Shown one piece after another: positions 30,102 to 38,130 of a DNA stretch of 44,902 bases (positions within the stretch are counted from its first letter, which is position 1; the number at the start of each line of letters is the position of its first letter). Under the pieces are notes generated by a model. The model did no database searches. It was given only the letters and a program-made list of their open reading frames with translations, and was not told the origin of the DNA. A program made the translations under genes and the position numbers. Origin of the DNA: a virus. The DNA lies in the UHGV virus genome UHGV-1356165. The stretch is one strand, 5' to 3'.

Positions 30102-30467
30102 TCAAACCCCTTCCACATAAGCCTTAATTGCATCTTGATAATCCTCAAACAAAGCATCATCAAAATTACTAAAACCCTCAACCACTGGCGCTAAAAAGTC
30201 ATCCGTAGTTCCGCTAAATTCTTTTAACACCACATCATAAACTTTTCCATTAATTGCAACCTTAGCCACAACCTCGCCCTCTTTTGCATCAATGTCAAAG
30301 TCTTGCTCAATCTCATAATTGTTAAACTCATAAGAATTTAACGCTTCAAGCAATTCCTCAACCTTAGCGCAGTCATTACCACGCGCGATAAATCCATTCA
30401 TGTTACCCGCAATAGCCTCTTTCAAACCATCACAACCATACTTATCAATAAAATCAAATGCGTTCAT
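30102..30467 (-). CDS. Highly acidic 121-aa early protein (candidate DNA mimic or anti-restriction protein)
   Basis: About 27% Asp+Glu. First gene behind promoter e. Confidence 0.4.
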   Translation of the reverse strand: MNAFDFIDKYGCDGLKEAIAGNMNGFIARGNDCAKVEELLEALNSYEFNNYEIEQDFDIDAKEGEVVAKVAINGKVYDVVLKEFSGTTDDFLAPVVEGFSNFDDALFEDYQDAIKAYVEGV

Positions 30468-30492
30468 TTCAAATCCTCCAATTCATAAACCA

Positions 30493-30521
30493 ATTATATA
30501 TATTTATAAAATTAAATGCAA
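30493..30521 (-). promoter_or_regulatory. Promoter cassette copy e: TTGCAT-17-TATAAT
   Basis: -35 at 30516..30521 and -10 at 30493..30498. A second TTGCAT lies at 30523..30528. Confidence 0.6.
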
Positions 30522-30561
30522 CATGCAAACGTAAAAAAGGATGCCTTAGCACCCTATTTAT

Positions 30562-31134
30562 TTACTGTTGTTCTGGAAATCTTTTTATCCCATCAAAATT
30601 TCCTTTAGAAAAATTTATAGCTTCATCTACATTATAGATTAAATACACTGGGCCACCACGCCAATCCGATGCCCATTCTTTTTGTTTGTTATTCAATCCT
30701 CTTCTCCCATAACCCGTGTTTGGGTTTTTTACATCAAATAGTTGCCAGCCTTTCTCTCCACACCAAGCCAAACCATCTGGAACACCAAAACCCATAGCAC
30801 TAAGATCATGCACTGCTGTTATTTTTTTTATAACAGAAAAAATCTCTTTATGATTGGCATCTTTTTTTGATCCGTATTTTTTCATAGCTTTTATAGAAGC
30901 CTCGCCAGCTCTTTTTGCCCCGCCACTTTCTATAAAGCACTTGTACGAGCAAAATTTTCTATTTTGACTTAGCGATACTCTAAACTCCTTATTGCAAAGT
31001 TCACAGGAAATTAAAATAATTTCTCTTGGATTTGGTTGATAATACACTTTTTTAGGTTTGCTTGCTCTACAACATTCGGCGCTGCAAAATTTTCTATGTG
31101 AATTTTCTGGTTTAAATGATTTTTTGCAAAACAA
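30562..31134 (-). CDS. Two zinc ribbons plus a C-terminal VRR-NUC (PD-(D/E)xK) nuclease domain
   Basis: GVPDGLAW..GWQLFDVKNPNTG..LNNKQKEW matches the VRR-NUC D...EVK...Q.W pattern. Starts with TTG and has no SD. In frame with the upstream ORF across one TAA. Confidence 0.5.
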   Translation of the reverse strand: MFCKKSFKPENSHRKFCSAECCRASKPKKVYYQPNPREIILISCELCNKEFRVSLSQNRKFCSYKCFIESGGAKRAGEASIKAMKKYGSKKDANHKEIFSVIKKITAVHDLSAMGFGVPDGLAWCGEKGWQLFDVKNPNTGYGRRGLNNKQKEWASDWRGGPVYLIYNVDEAINFSKGNFDGIKRFPEQQ

Positions 31135-31205
31135 ACAATTTACATTAATTAATTTTATTTTTGATAATGAATAGCATTCAAAAGAGACAAAATATAGATT
31201 TTTTT

Positions 31206-31406
31206 TTATAATTCAAATATTTTTTTATTACAATGTGAACAATTCTTTGTTCCACCATTTTTGAAATTTGGATTCTTATCTCCAGACAATCTATGTTGGT
31301 AATCTTTAGCCATACAAGATTTAGAGCAATATGTTTTTCTCTTTTGGTGAACAGTTGCCTCTTTTATTACATTACAGGAGTTGCATTTCCATATTCCAAA
31401 TTTCAC
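31206..31406 (-). pseudogene. N-terminal zinc-ribbon repeats of the same nuclease, separated from it by a single in-frame TAA (31206..31208). GTG start with no RBS.
   Basis: CxxC..KxYCSKSC repeats. The same reading frame continues through TAA into the 30562..31134 ORF. Confidence 0.4.
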
Positions 31407-31565
31407 AAATCTTTTTAATAAAAAATAATACTCTCAGTGTTTGTTTTCTTTAAAAACACAATTCAATCCTCATTGAAAACCTGATGTAAGTATGTGCCAC
31501 ACGTTCAGGTTAAACGCTATTCGGGGATCAGCCTAGGCACACATTAATTATATCACATTTCTATT

Positions 31566-31784
31566 TTAACCATTCCTATTATTCATCTGATTAATTACAG
31601 TTACCGTTTGACTGCCACCTTTGTTCGATAGCGACCAAATCAACGCCCAAATCCAGCCAATGAAAGTAAAACCAAACACCAAGTTTACAATCAGTATACC
31701 CCACCGACTCGTATGGCCACGAAAGAACGCGATAATCGTCGGCAGCATATAAGCCAAAAACATCAATACGATTGCGATTTCCAT
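31566..31784 (-). CDS. imm: Superinfection immunity protein (Imm, PF14373-like)
   Basis: YMLPTIIAFFRGHTSRWGILIVNLVFGFTFIGWIWALIWSL matches the Imm_superinfect consensus. Confidence 0.7.
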   Translation of the reverse strand: MEIAIVLMFLAYMLPTIIAFFRGHTSRWGILIVNLVFGFTFIGWIWALIWSLSNKGGSQTVTVINQMNNRNG

Positions 31785-32599
31785 TATTTACTACCTTCAA
31801 TTAAATTTACGATCAGTTTACTATATCCGCCAATATCGACCCAGCTATCAAGGTGATTAGCGTCACCATGAACCAATCGAGCCATCTTTGACGCAATCAT
31901 GTGTAATGCTTCTTGATGCGGTGCGGGCATATTTTCATAATTACCAATGCGCAAAGCTTTTAAAATATCTCGGGTTGTTTTTGCTACGTCTTCATAACAC
32001 CCATACTGGCTTTGACGTTCTGACAAAATCGAATCAATATTATTTTGACGCACTTCTTCAATTTCCGCGTATTGATCGTTTAATGATGGGTTGCGTTGCC
32101 ATAAAATACGATCTTTATTTTCCATAATACCTATTTTAGTTAAATGGTGAATCATGTAACCAAATCCAGTTGAAATAAAAGCAAGATTTTCCTTAAATGT
32201 TAAAAAATTATTACCATCATAAAACTTAAAATAAACCTCAGCATTTTCTGGCACTTCAACACCACCATCCAAGTGATAAGCTTCAACCAATTCATATTTA
32301 CCGTCGCGCTCAACCAAATATTCTTTCATTTTGCGAATCCATAAAATTCTGGATTTTCTATCCACAACGATTTCTTTTTTTGACCAAATTGGTAAAATTT
32401 CAAAAACATCTTTTATATATCCAAAAACAATTTCTTCATTAAATTTTAAAAAAATCTTTCGGTCAGCAAATTCAGAATAAACTTCTGCTTCTTCTGGAAC
32501 CAAAATCCACCCCTCAGGAACACCCTCATTCTCACCATCAATTACATGCAATTTGTAATTTTCATCTAAATATTCCAACTTACTCATAACCCACTCCAC
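31784..32599 (-). CDS. Protein with an N-terminal internal tandem repeat of about 75 aa and a C-terminal DUF6378-like domain. Probable start MSKLEY at 32587.
   Basis: Repeats VPEGWILVPEEAEVYSEF..KSRILW and VPENAEVYFKFYDGN..KDRILW. C-terminal ..RQSQYGCYEDVA..HQEALHMIASKMARLVHGD..DSWVDIGGYSKL. Confidence 0.5.
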   Translation of the reverse strand: MEWVMSKLEYLDENYKLHVIDGENEGVPEGWILVPEEAEVYSEFADRKIFLKFNEEIVFGYIKDVFEILPIWSKKEIVVDRKSRILWIRKMKEYLVERDGKYELVEAYHLDGGVEVPENAEVYFKFYDGNNFLTFKENLAFISTGFGYMIHHLTKIGIMENKDRILWQRNPSLNDQYAEIEEVRQNNIDSILSERQSQYGCYEDVAKTTRDILKALRIGNYENMPAPHQEALHMIASKMARLVHGDANHLDSWVDIGGYSKLIVNLIEGSK

Positions 32600-32663
32600 A
32601 AAATAAATGCCACTGCTAAACCAAAAGCCAAACTCACCAACGTGTGAATAATTTTATCTCTCA

Positions 32664-32810
32664 TCACATCCACCATGAAGTCAAACCACCAACATTGCAG
32701 CAGTTACACATTACAAAACCATCCTTGTGCCAAAAAATCTGACTAAGTGATGAAACCGAACCACCTGCAAGCTTTGTGTTAACACTTTCAACCTGATTTA
32801 AAATTTTCAT
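32664..32810 (-). CDS. Unannotated 48-aa Cys-containing micro-protein, first gene behind promoter f. A 25-aa hydrophobic peptide ORF follows at 32590..32667.
   Basis: GGAGGAtaagtaATG. CNCCNVGG motif. Confidence 0.3.
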   Translation of the reverse strand: MKILNQVESVNTKLAGGSVSSLSQIFWHKDGFVMCNCCNVGGLTSWWM

Positions 32811-32834
32811 TACTTATCCTCCAAGCTATGATTC

Positions 32835-32863
32835 ATTGTATAATTTTATAAAATTAATTGCAA
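32835..32863 (-). promoter_or_regulatory. Promoter cassette copy f: TTGCAA-17-TACAAT
   Basis: -35 at 32858..32863 and -10 at 32835..32840. A shared CATAGCTTRGGAG leader is also present in copy g. Confidence 0.55.
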
Positions 32864-32876
32864 CGTTTTAATTCAT

Positions 32877-33239
32877 TTAAATTAATTCATTTAAAATCTG
32901 ATTAATTGCATCACGCACTAATGGCCACGATTCATCATTTAGCGTAACTTTGTGCTGAAACACCCGTCTTAAATGATGAACATTCACCGCATCACCCAAC
33001 ACATCCACAAGACGCTTTTCATAACCACGCCCGTATGTGAGCTTGTACTCAGTCAACAACGGATACTGCTCAAGCTTCCTTTTATGCGCTAACTGCTTTA
33101 ACTTTGCTGCACCAGCATTACCTGCTTCAAAGCTTTCCAGTGCTTTTTTATTCGCTAAAAAATCCTCAACGTCTTTTTGCAACTTTGCAGCTTTTTTGTA
33201 TTTATCGGGATTCGAATATCCATGAATAGGGCTAATCAT
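32877..33239 (-). CDS. Hypothetical protein (120 aa)
   Basis: Last gene of the operon upstream of promoter f. Confidence 0.4.
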   Translation of the reverse strand: MISPIHGYSNPDKYKKAAKLQKDVEDFLANKKALESFEAGNAGAAKLKQLAHKRKLEQYPLLTEYKLTYGRGYEKRLVDVLGDAVNVHHLRRVFQHKVTLNDESWPLVRDAINQILNELI

Positions 33240-33606
33240 TGTCTTGCTCCTGCGCTGCGTTTATCATATATAAGTAAGCTTTTTCCATGTCGCCATAATC
33301 ACAACCAAGACCAAAAAATCCAGCATTTATTATTTCATCTGTCGGCTCTTTCGGCACAAGCACATATTCACCGCTTTCAACCTTTGCAAGCTGGGCTTTG
33401 AGTGAGTCAATTTCAGCTTTTTTTGATTCTGCGCATTTTTTCCATGCTTCAAAAGCAAAGTATGCAGATTTGTCGTGCCTTCCTTCATAAAAATATCCAT
33501 TTTCTTGATTAAAGCACTCTCCAAAAACATACTCATACTCACCATTAAAATGTTCTTGAAAAACTTTACGCTCTTTTTCTAAATCAATCATCTCAATACT
33601 CTCCAT
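33232..33606 (-). CDS. EKER-family protein (paralog of 21572..21853)
   Basis: EKERKVF..., GEYVLVPKEPT, YLYMINAA. Confidence 0.45.
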   Translation of the reverse strand: MESIEMIDLEKERKVFQEHFNGEYEYVFGECFNQENGYFYEGRHDKSAYFAFEAWKKCAESKKAEIDSLKAQLAKVESGEYVLVPKEPTDEIINAGFFGLGCDYGDMEKAYLYMINAAQEQDND

Positions 33607-33802
33607 ACTTTTTACTACGCTTTAAACCCAAAAACCGATGACTATCTTCTTTAGCCTGCAACCACTCAGCTTGCTTTTTATCCTTCAAACGCAAAACCAT
33701 CAAGCAAACTAAAAACACAATCAAAACCAATAACAATGCAATTTTCATTTTGGGCGCTCCTCTAGTGAGTCTATCCAATTCCCATTGTATGATTCCATCC
33801 AA
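33593..33802 (-). CDS. Small protein with an N-terminal TM helix. Likely start MKIALLL.
   Basis: Hydrophobic stretch followed by a charged coil. Confidence 0.35.
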   Translation of the reverse strand: MDGIIQWELDRLTRGAPKMKIALLLVLIVFLVCLMVLRLKDKKQAEWLQAKEDSHRFLGLKRSKKYGEY

Positions 33803-33996
33803 CCTTTTTCAGGATAATAAAAATTATCACCAATGTGCATGAAATATCCATTTTCTTGTAATTTTGGCTTTTTATAATAACCAAAAACATTTCCATTTGA
33901 ATCCGTAGCAATCCAATTAACTTCTTTTGGCACATTTGACCAATCATACTTTGTCATTCTACAACCTCCCATGAGCCACCATTTAAATGAGAGCAA
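33745..33996 (-). CDS. Hypothetical protein (83 aa)
   Basis: Overlapping small early genes. Confidence 0.35.
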   Translation of the reverse strand: MLSFKWWLMGGCRMTKYDWSNVPKEVNWIATDSNGNVFGYYKKPKLQENGYFMHIGDNFYYPEKGWMESYNGNWIDSLEERPK

Positions 33997-34139
33997 TCAT
34001 TAATATCCAAAAACACTGGAAATCCATCATCGCCCGCAATATCAACATAAATGCCACAACCATGAATTACATTATAAACCTTACCAAGCGTCAAATATTC
34101 AGGCAACTCACCGTTAAAACTTTTGATTTTTACTTTCAT
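33954..34139 (-). CDS. Hypothetical protein (61 aa) Confidence 0.3.
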   Translation of the reverse strand: MKVKIKSFNGELPEYLTLGKVYNVIHGCGIYVDIAGDDGFPVFLDINDCSHLNGGSWEVVE

Positions 34140-34201
34140 CTCAACCTCTCAACCAATAATAAAAAACAACTAAACCATGCCAACAAACCAAAACGGACGA
34201 C

Positions 34202-34441
34202 CTAAGCAAATCTTTTGCCGCGTACTTGAACAGCCTTGCGTTTATCCGCAACTCTCTTTTGTGATCCATTTTTCAGCACCTTGTATTTACGCCAAACAAT
34301 CACAGGAAATAAAACCACGCTTAAAACCAATGAAACAACACCCATTACAGACCAGAACAATTCTGACAACAATTTTGGCGCTAATTTAAAAAATCCAAAA
34401 ACTTCAACCAATGAATACCAAATTGCTTTAATAAGTGTCAT
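34202..34441 (-). CDS. Small membrane protein (two TM helices) with a basic C-terminal tail. First gene behind promoter g. Kil-like or exclusion candidate.
   Basis: AGGAGattgaaATG. TM helices plus a KRKAVQVRGKRFA tail. Confidence 0.45.
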   Translation of the reverse strand: MTLIKAIWYSLVEVFGFFKLAPKLLSELFWSVMGVVSLVLSVVLFPVIVWRKYKVLKNGSQKRVADKRKAVQVRGKRFA

Positions 34442-34464
34442 TTCAATCTCCTAAGCTATGCACT

Positions 34465-34493
34465 AAATATATAACAATATAAAATTTAATGCA
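34465..34493 (-). promoter_or_regulatory. Promoter cassette copy g: TTGCAT-17-TATATT
   Basis: -35 at 34488..34493 and -10 at 34465..34470. Confidence 0.55.
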
Positions 34494-34562
34494 ACAATTT
34501 ACCGCAATGGATGCATAAATATTTTTTACACACCCAATCGAATTGATATTCATGCAAGCACT

Positions 34563-34853
34563 TCATAGCCTGCGCCCTGCTGCGATTTCCTCTGGCGTTG
34601 CATGTCTTATGCAAACCTTTCCACTTTTCAAGCTATCAACCTTGTGTATGGCGCTTTGCTTACTATATTTCTCAGTGAAGACATATAGGTCGCCTATTTC
34701 AAATATATTGTGCTGTCGGCGGTATTCCAGTAATTCACCCCTAAGCTTTTCTCTATATTCTTCACAAGAAGTGATCATCAACATCGATCTTTCATCCATG
34801 TAAACCAATTCTCTTTTTGCTCTTTCATATCCAAACCGTTCAATTAAATTCAT
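34563..34853 (-). CDS. Hypothetical protein (96 aa)
   Basis: Coupled downstream of the helicase. Confidence 0.4.
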   Translation of the reverse strand: MNLIERFGYERAKRELVYMDERSMLMITSCEEYREKLRGELLEYRRQHNIFEIGDLYVFTEKYSKQSAIHKVDSLKSGKVCIRHATPEEIAAGRRL

Positions 34854-35107
34854 TTCAACTCTCCTAAAACCGCATTACTTAAACTATTTTCCAAAACTAA
34901 AACCTGACGCTCGCACCATTTTTGATAGTTTCTTGTTTCCGACTCCGTGGCCTGCTTTGGAACAATGGTTTTTCTGCGCGCTGGATGTACATGAATTTCG
35001 ATTAGAGCCGCTTTGGCATTTAATTCAGGTGTAAGTACCGCATTAGAATTAAGATGCTCATACGCGCATACGCTTCGATCTAAATCTACTGTGTATTGGT
35101 TTGGCAT
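34850..35107 (-). CDS. Hypothetical protein (85 aa) Confidence 0.4.
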   Translation of the reverse strand: MPNQYTVDLDRSVCAYEHLNSNAVLTPELNAKAALIEIHVHPARRKTIVPKQATESETRNYQKWCERQVLVLENSLSNAVLGELK

Positions 35108-35119
35108 ATCCCAGCCTCC

Positions 35120-36481
35120 TTAAAAATCTTGATTTTGCAAAAGCTCAGCATCGACAAATCGACTATACTCAAGCTCTGTACTTAAAATCACAGTTCCAGT
35201 TTCACCATCCCGAACCTTTGCTGCGATAATCTCGGCAAAACCCGCGCTTTGACTATTTTTATTGTAAACCTCGTCACGATAAATAAATAAAATGGTATTT
35301 GCGTCCTGCTCAACTTGGCCGGACTCTCTTAAATCCGACATTTGCGGTCTTTTATCTGCTCTATCTTCAACTTTTCGATTTAACTGAGATAAACAGAAAA
35401 CAGGACAGTCAAACTCTTTGGCTAGTGCCGATAGTGCTTTTGATATCGAACCAACCGCCAAGTGGTTTTGATCTGTTTTTAATGGCGGTGTAAGCAGTGT
35501 TAGGTAGTCAATAAACACCGCACCGACATATCCATACTGCGCCTTTAGCTTTCTGCAATTTTTCCGAATATGAGAAATTGTAGGGCTTGATTTGTCATCA
35601 ATCATAAGCTTTGATTTATCCAATCTTAAAATTGCATCATTAACCCCCTTCCACTTGTCATCAGGGACACGCGCGTTTCTTAATTGTGAAACTGTCACAT
35701 TTGAGTGACTAGAAACAAGTCTTCTCACAATAGCCTCACGTGGCATTTCTGCTGATTGAAATAAAACTGGGTGCTGCTGAATGAATGCAATATGATCCAT
35801 CATGTTTTGAATCAAAGTTGTTTTACCCATAGCTGGACGAGCAGCGATAATAATTAACTCGCCCCTCCCCATATACCCAATTTTTTCATCAAGATCAGTA
35901 AATCCAGTTTTAACGCCGTTAATTTTTTCAATGCCTTTTGCCCGATCCTCCATTCGCTTATTGATTTCGCCAAACATATCTAAAGCAATGTTATACGCAC
36001 TATCACAAGTTTTATCGTTTGATGTATTGTCCAATGTTGCTAAAACGCCGTCAGATTGCGATATAGCCGTGTCAGTATCGTATTGGGTAGTATCTATGGC
36101 AATGGTCTTAATTCTCTCACCTGCGTCAAACAGTGAGCGTCTACGAGCATAGTCAACTATCTTTTTGGCGTGATCAGCAAGTAAGTATGCAACTCCGATT
36201 GTAGAATTCAATTCAATCAGATATTTTTCATCAACCAGCTTACAGTCGTTTGCATCAAGCTTAATTGAATCTAAAACCATGAGAATGTCAAAACCCATAC
36301 CCAAGTCATAGATTTTTTTAATGTGCTTAAAAATTACTTTATGCTTTGTTGCGTAAAAGGCTTCGCTGTACAACTCATTCATCACATCATCAATGCCAGC
36401 ATTCAAAGACATCAAAGCCGATAAAACCGATTGCTCAATTTCAATTGAATATAGATTTTCGTTCACAAGTAAATTCCTCAA
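35120..36481 (-). CDS. dnaB: Replicative DNA helicase, DnaB family
   Basis: Walker A AARPAMGKTT. N-terminal DnaB-like domain (IEQSVLSALM). 453 aa. Confidence 0.8.
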   Translation of the reverse strand: MRNLLVNENLYSIEIEQSVLSALMSLNAGIDDVMNELYSEAFYATKHKVIFKHIKKIYDLGMGFDILMVLDSIKLDANDCKLVDEKYLIELNSTIGVAYLLADHAKKIVDYARRRSLFDAGERIKTIAIDTTQYDTDTAISQSDGVLATLDNTSNDKTCDSAYNIALDMFGEINKRMEDRAKGIEKINGVKTGFTDLDEKIGYMGRGELIIIAARPAMGKTTLIQNMMDHIAFIQQHPVLFQSAEMPREAIVRRLVSSHSNVTVSQLRNARVPDDKWKGVNDAILRLDKSKLMIDDKSSPTISHIRKNCRKLKAQYGYVGAVFIDYLTLLTPPLKTDQNHLAVGSISKALSALAKEFDCPVFCLSQLNRKVEDRADKRPQMSDLRESGQVEQDANTILFIYRDEVYNKNSQSAGFAEIIAAKVRDGETGTVILSTELEYSRFVDAELLQNQDF

Positions 36482-37218
36482 GCTGATTTAGATTTTTTTC
36501 GATAAAGAAGTGCCAATGGTAAATCTTCTGTTTTTGCTTCCACTGTCTGCGAATTGTTAATTCGATTTAACCAGTAGTCTGCTTTCCAATGTTGAGCATT
36601 AAGCCATGCACTCGGCGCAGCTATAAACTCGCCTCCATTCTTGATCCACATTTCATCTTTTTTGAACTCAGACAAAACACTCATGATCAAATCAAAATCT
36701 TTTTTGTATTTCTCAAAAGTTTTATTTGCAGCCTCTCTCGTTCCCTTGCGTTTGCAAGTTGGGTATTCACTCCAAAATTTATCAAATTTTTCACTGTAAA
36801 CTACTGGTTGTTTCTTTGGTTGTTTCTTTGGTAGGTTCTGCGTCCCAATATTGGGTTCATTCAAAGACCCAAAATTGGGTTCATTACATGGGAATTTTGG
36901 AATCATTCCGTTTTTGGGTTCATTACCAAATTCTCGACAATTTACCCCAACTAATTGCAAAACTCTAACCCTACCTGTAGACCCTTTTCTTTCTCCTGTA
37001 TCAACCAAAAACCCATTTTCGATAAGTGTGTTCACAACCTTCTTAACTGTTTTGATATCCAGTTTTGTGTCTTTCTCAAGTCTAGCCATTGAAGGCCATG
37101 CTGTATTATCTTCTCCAGCACGATCAGCAAAAGCCAAAAGAACAAGTCTTTCAGATGATGTATTTACATCTGCAACCCAAGCCCATCTCAAAGCATCAAT
37201 ACTCAATTTCATCACCAC
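36478..37218 (-). CDS. Replication initiator / replisome organiser with an N-terminal HTH (DnaD/O-like)
   Basis: The N-terminal LVLLAFADRAG..WPSMARLEKDT pattern. Overlap-coupled to dnaB. Internal iteron array. Confidence 0.6.
   Translation of the reverse strand: MVMKLSIDALRWAWVADVNTSSERLVLLAFADRAGEDNTAWPSMARLEKDTKLDIKTVKKVVNTLIENGFLVDTGERKGSTGRVRVLQLVGVNCREFGNEPKNGMIPKFPCNEPNFGSLNEPNIGTQNLPKKQPKKQPVVYSEKFDKFWSEYPTCKRKGTREAANKTFEKYKKDFDLIMSVLSEFKKDEMWIKNGGEFIAAPSAWLNAQHWKADYWLNRINNSQTVEAKTEDLPLALLYRKKSKSA
36845..36930. repeat. Four iterons, (A/T)TTGG(G/A)(T/A)TCATT, at 36851, 36875, 36897 and 36914 inside the initiator gene. Candidate origin of replication. A perfect 12-bp tandem duplication GGTTGTTTCTTT x2 lies at 36806..36829.
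   Basis: Direct reading. Spacing 17-24 bp. Analogous to lambda ori inside gene O. Confidence 0.5.
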
Positions 37219-37431
37219 TCATCTAAACTGACCACTAACAGCAAAGTACAACGGCATTGGTTCTTCGCCTTTCTTGCGTGAAATGTATGCGTCTTGAATT
37301 TCTTCAATCTGAAACTCATCAAGCGCAGGATCATAAAACCCTTTAACTTGACCAAATTGATTGATAAATTCAGGGTATTCTTTTTCAAACCAAGTTATAA
37401 AGAACAGGGCTTCTTTTGGCATTTCAGTCAT
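37219..37431 (-). CDS. Hypothetical protein (70 aa) Confidence 0.35.
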   Translation of the reverse strand: MTEMPKEALFFITWFEKEYPEFINQFGQVKGFYDPALDEFQIEEIQDAYISRKKGEEPMPLYFAVSGQFR

Positions 37432-37442
37432 AATCTTTAATC

Positions 37443-37649
37443 CTATACAATTCTAATGATATGGACGTCATTGCCAATTTTTCGGCATGAATACTTTCTG
37501 TCAGTTACACCATGGTATTTAAGACGGTGGTTGATCAAACTAACCATGGTAGGCGTTGACTTGTTTTCAGCAATAATAATGTCACCAACAACCATTGATA
37601 AAATATCGTATTTAGGCTTTGCGCCAGACTTACCAACTACACCAGACAT
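37443..37649 (-). CDS. Hypothetical protein (68 aa)
   Basis: AGGAGAtttaaATG. First gene of the replication operon. Confidence 0.4.
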   Translation of the reverse strand: MSGVVGKSGAKPKYDILSMVVGDIIIAENKSTPTMVSLINHRLKYHGVTDRKYSCRKIGNDVHIIRIV

Positions 37650-37743
37650 TTAAATCTCCTTTATTAAACATATTTATAATTATACATATTAATATTTAGT
37701 AGTCTAATCAATAATTCTAATATTTATATTTATTTTACTAATG

Positions 37744-37765
37744 AAAAACCCGCCGAAGCGGTTTG
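37744..37765 (-). terminator. Terminator after 37783..38130
   Basis: CCGC-cgaa-GCGG with U5 on the minus strand. Confidence 0.5.
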
Positions 37766-37782
37766 GGTTGGTTTAATTAATT

Positions 37783-38130
37783 TTAGTAGACTTTAGCCAC
37801 GCATTTAATCGACACAGCAAATTCGCTATTTGCCACTTCGATCATTGATTTAGCCCATTGCTCGCCACTGTTTTTGATCAAGTCGGTAAAAGTTAGTGTT
37901 CCGTCAGGTCGCCAACTGAAATCAAATTGATCACCGTTTTCAATTTCTACCGTGCCGTCTAGTGTCCAACGCTGCGGTAGTTCAAAGTTAGACATTGGAA
38001 AGGCTGTATAAAACGCCTTGCCTTTGAAATATTGCTTCTTGTAGTTACGCACTTGTAAGCTAGTAAAATTGGTCGGCATGACTTTTAACGCTTCATGCCA
38101 TTCGATTAAGTCAAATTCTAGGGTTTTCAT
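37783..38130 (-). CDS. Hypothetical protein (115 aa)
   Basis: Coupled to the methyltransferase. Confidence 0.4.
   Translation of the reverse strand: MKTLEFDLIEWHEALKVMPTNFTSLQVRNYKKQYFKGKAFYTAFPMSNFELPQRWTLDGTVEIENGDQFDFSWRPDGTLTFTDLIKNSGEQWAKSMIEVANSEFAVSIKCVAKVY

Noticed and set aside
36806-36829. 12-bp perfect tandem duplication as a regulatory repeat
   Set aside because: It is in frame within the initiator linker (KKQPKKQP). It is more likely slipped-strand duplication of coding sequence. Mentioned only alongside the neighbouring iterons.
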